A program made the position numbers and the translations under genes. A stretch of 63,701 bases of DNA, filler included, from Octopus bimaculoides (lineage: Eukaryota), in NCBI RefSeq assembly GCF_001194135.2. It is 5 parts of 5 records of this genome, joined end to end, with 100 filler letters (N's around TTAATTAATTAA, not from the genome) between each part and the next. Parts side by side here need not be neighbours in the genome. Positions count along the whole stretch, not along the records: positions 58,018 to 62,578 come from NC_068987.1; positions 62,679 to 63,701 come from NC_069009.1; 3 more parts are not named here. One strand, written 5' to 3'. Below the pieces are notes generated by a model. The model did no database searches and was not told the DNA's origin. It worked only from the letters and a program-made list of their open reading frames with translations. The first letter of the stretch is position 1, and each line of letters opens with the position of its first letter. Below are positions 60,811-63,701 of the stretch, one piece after another.

Positions 60811-60983
60811 CATACATTCATACAACCCACACAAAACAAGAAATTAAAATATCATCATTTCTAAAAATAGATTTAACATCAATTCTAAAAATAGCCAAAC
60901 ACCTACTGCTGCCGTCCAAAGGAATTGGTATAAAAGACAGAAAACCAGCCAACTTATCACAGTCTGTTAAAGTCTGTCATACC

Positions 60984-61023
60984 GGCCATGACGAAGGGAA
61001 ATAGCCCTGAAACTCGAGTCGCC
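60984..61023 (+). ncRNA. Minimal type-I hammerhead ribozyme motif (one extra A in the core)
   Basis: GGC-C(A)TGACGA-AGGG(AAATAG)CCCT-GAAAC-TCGA-GTC-GCC. All three stems pair perfectly, stem III is the palindrome ACTCGAGT, and the cleavage triplet is GUC. Confidence 0.8.
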
Positions 61024-62219
61024 TTTATATATATATATTTATATTTATATATTTATATATTTGATCCTTTATATTGAACACTCAATATTTCATCTACATT
61101 CAATACTTTCTTTCATGGTGCCATCCATTTTTATGTTATTTTATTTTATATTGTATATTGTATATNNNNNNNNNNNNNNNNNNNNNNNNNNNNNNNNNNN
61201 NNNNNNNNNNNNNNNNNNNNNNNNNNNNNNNNNNNNNNNNNNNNNNNNNNNNNNNNNNNNNNNNNNNNNNNNNNNNNNNNNNNNNNNNNNNNNNNNNNNN
61301 NNNNNNNNNNNNNNNNNNNNNNNNNNNNNNNNNNNNNNNNNNNNNNNNNNNNNNNNNNNNNNNNNNNNNNNNNNNNNNNNNNNNNNNNNNNNNNNNNNNN
61401 NNNNNNNNNNNNNNNNNNNNNNNNNNNNNNNNNNNNNNNNNNNNNNNNNNNNNNNNNNNNNNNNNNNNNNNNNNNNNNNNNNNNNNNNNNNNNNNNNNNN
61501 NNNNNNNNNNNNNNNNNNNNNNNNNNNNNNNNNNNNNNNNNNNNNNNNNNNNNNNNNNNNNNNNNNNNNNNNNNNNNNNNNNNNNNNNNNNNNNNNNNNN
61601 NNNNNNNNNNNNNNNNNNNNNNNNNNNNNNNNNNNNNNNNNNNNNNNNNNNNNNNNNNNNNNNNNNNNNNNNNNNNNNNNNNNNNNNNNNNNNNNNNNNN
61701 NNNNNNNNNNNNNNNNNNNNNNNNNNNNNNNNNNNNNNNNNNNNNNNNNNNNNNNNNNNNNNNNNNNNNNNNNNNNNNNNNNNNNNNNNNNNNNNNNNNN
61801 NNNNNNNNNNNNNNNNNNNNNNNNNNNNNNNNNNNNNNNNNNNNNNNNNNNNNNNNNNNNNNNNNNNNNNNNNNNNNNNNNNNNNNNNNNNNNNNNNNNN
61901 NNNNNNNNNNNNNNNNNNNNNNNNNNNNNNNNNNNNNNNNNNNNNNNNNNNNNNNNNNNNNNNNNNNNNNNNNNNNNNNNNNNNNNNNNNNNNNNNNNNN
62001 NNNNNNNNNNNNNNNNNNNNNNNNNNNNNNNNNNNNNNNNNNNNNNNNNNNNNTTATGTAAATGACTCAACTGTTATCAGTCCCATCCTCTAAATCAAGT
62101 GATCTGTTAGCGAAATCCCCCATTAAACATCCGGATTTGTAAACCCTGCTTGTGACAAGAGGATATATCAGAGCCTAAACACTTTTAACAACTAAACATG
62201 GACCACACACACACGCACA

Positions 62220-62233
62220 CACACACGTATATG

Positions 62234-62277
<44 letters not shown>

Positions 62278-62335
62278 GAGACAGAGAGAGAGAGACAGAC
62301 AGAGAGAGAGAGAGACAGAGAGAGAGAGAGACAGA

Positions 62336-62368
<33 letters not shown>
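62220..62368. repeat. (GA)n/(GACA) compound microsatellite
   Basis: Direct reading. Confidence 0.95.
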
Positions 62369-62535
62369 TCTTTTATTTGCTTCTATCATTAGACTATAGC
62401 CATGCTGGAGCACCGTCTGAAAGCATTTTAGTCGAACGAGTCTACCGGCTACTTCTTGCCGAACCGCTAAGCTACGAGGATGTAAACACACCAAGACCGG
62501 TTATCATACGATGGTAAGAGGCAAACAGAAAAACA
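62369..62535 (-). mobile_element. SINE family B 3' half
   Basis: GCCATGCTGGAGCACCG...TTGCCGAACCGCTAAG...GTAAACACACC, then the internal (CA)n tract runs into a gap. Confidence 0.8.
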
Positions 62536-62578
<43 letters not shown>

Positions 62579-62678
62579 NNNNNNNNNNNNNNNNNNNNNN
62601 NNNNNNNNNNNNNNNNNNNNNNTTAATTAATTAANNNNNNNNNNNNNNNNNNNNNNNNNNNNNNNNNNNNNNNNNNNN
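62579..62678. other. Artificial scaffold-join spacer N44-TTAATTAATTAA-N44
   Basis: Linker at 62623-62634, 44 N on each side. Confidence 0.95.
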
Positions 62679-62965
62679 CCAGTAGCAGATTTCTCGTCTC
62701 GAATCTGGTTCATCATTCGAGTGCGTGGTCCTTTATAATCCGGTCTATGACCATTTCGGTTTGTATTTTGTTTTGTTAACAGTGAGGCATAACAAGCTTC
62801 GACGTTGTCGCTAGCGGACGGATCTATCTGTTTAGGGTCAATTGTTTGTGACAACACCGTCACCGAGTTCTCAGCATGTAAACATTGCTCATAGCGTAGT
62901 TTCTTAAGGCTAACAGATCGGTATTCGTCTGTATTTTTTTTGTTGATAGATTTATCTCCGGGCAT
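62679..62965 (-). CDS. Candidate first coding exon of an unidentified gene (3' end lost in gap)
   Basis: ATG at 62965 after an A-rich leader with no upstream ATG in the exon. 95 open, non-repetitive codons (MPGDKSINKKNTDEYRSVSLKKLRYEQC...RDEKSAT) run into the spacer. Upstream there is an ATA|GTAAGT donor at 63246/63245 and a pyrimidine tract plus CAG acceptor at 63025, giving a plausible 221-nt 5'UTR intron. Confidence 0.5.
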
Positions 62966-63547
62966 AGTGTATTTTTTTTGATTTGTTTATTTTTGTGGCG
63001 TTTTAAACTTATGAATGGTTCACTCTGTGTTTGTTCACAAAATGAAAATAAATAAAGAAGAGAAAGAAAGAGTTTTGTTTTTGCTTCGTTTGTGATGCGT
63101 GTTTTCGGATGCCTGAGTGTGTTCTGTGAATTTCACGTAGTTATGTAAATATTAAGACGCAAGTGCAGTTCTATGGGTATCAAAACATATATATCATTGT
63201 GTAGACGTTCGACTGTATACATAATTATTCAATATATGTACTTACTATTTTGTTCCATTTCTTTTGTATAGTTTGTAAACTTTCCGGTGTTGGTTTTGCG
63301 TGTGTTCCATTGAGACATCGTGCATAGGAGAACCTTTGCTTTGTATGGCAGTAAAATTTCATTTTTTAAAAATTATCTTCGTTAAAAGACTTCTTCCTTC
63401 AAATCTTCCACCGGTTCTTTTGCCTAATTCCATCGATGTTATTGGATTAGATTTGTTTTTGTATAGGGAGCCCGGTGTAGCACATCCATGTTGTTATTCA
63501 GCCCGGTTCTATTCTTTTAGCCCGGTGCTATTCTTCTCAGCCCTGTG

Positions 63548-63570
63548 CTATTCTTCTTCTTCTTCTTCTT

Positions 63571-63601
<31 letters not shown>

Positions 63602-63619
63602 TTATTATTATTATTATTC

Positions 63620-63651
<32 letters not shown>

Positions 63652-63701
63652 GTTATTATTATTATTATAATTACCACTACTACTAATAATAATAATAATA
63701 A
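63548..63701. repeat. (TTC)n-(TTA)n compound trinucleotide microsatellite
   Basis: Direct reading. Preceded by three degenerate 15-20-bp units at 63495-63548. Confidence 0.95.

Noticed and set aside
63300-63686. 128-aa plus-strand ORF
   Set aside because: Its length is inflated by the terminal (TTC)/(TTA) microsatellite, and the rest shows no coding signature.

Overview
This is AT-rich, microsatellite-saturated eukaryotic genomic DNA from a fragmented short-read assembly. The SINE families and microsatellite spectrum look like Octopus (recognition from memory, not a database hit). About a fifth of the window is N gaps. Four gaps are fixed 100-nt spacers (N44-TTAATTAATTAA-N44) that join five separate scaffolds, and one contig end carries untrimmed Illumina adapter. 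Nearly all ORFs in the supplied track are artefacts of microsatellites or N runs. Supportable content: (i) many copies of several tRNA-derived SINE families with swapped head, core and tail modules; (ii) three decayed Penelope-like retroelements, plus about eight minimal type-I hammerhead ribozyme motifs from several different families, one with an unusual extended stem II; (iii) RTE and R4/Dong LINE fragments, including a Dong-like 3' end inside a (TAA)n target; (iv) Tc1/mariner derivatives, including an element built from two inverted 5' ends; (v) several long hairpins and palindromes; (vi) a tentative minus-strand host gene (ATG exon at 62679-62965, a candidate internal exon at 52537-52688 and a weaker exon cluster at 19860-20864) whose product I cannot identify. 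No rRNA, genuine tRNA gene or CRISPR array was found.
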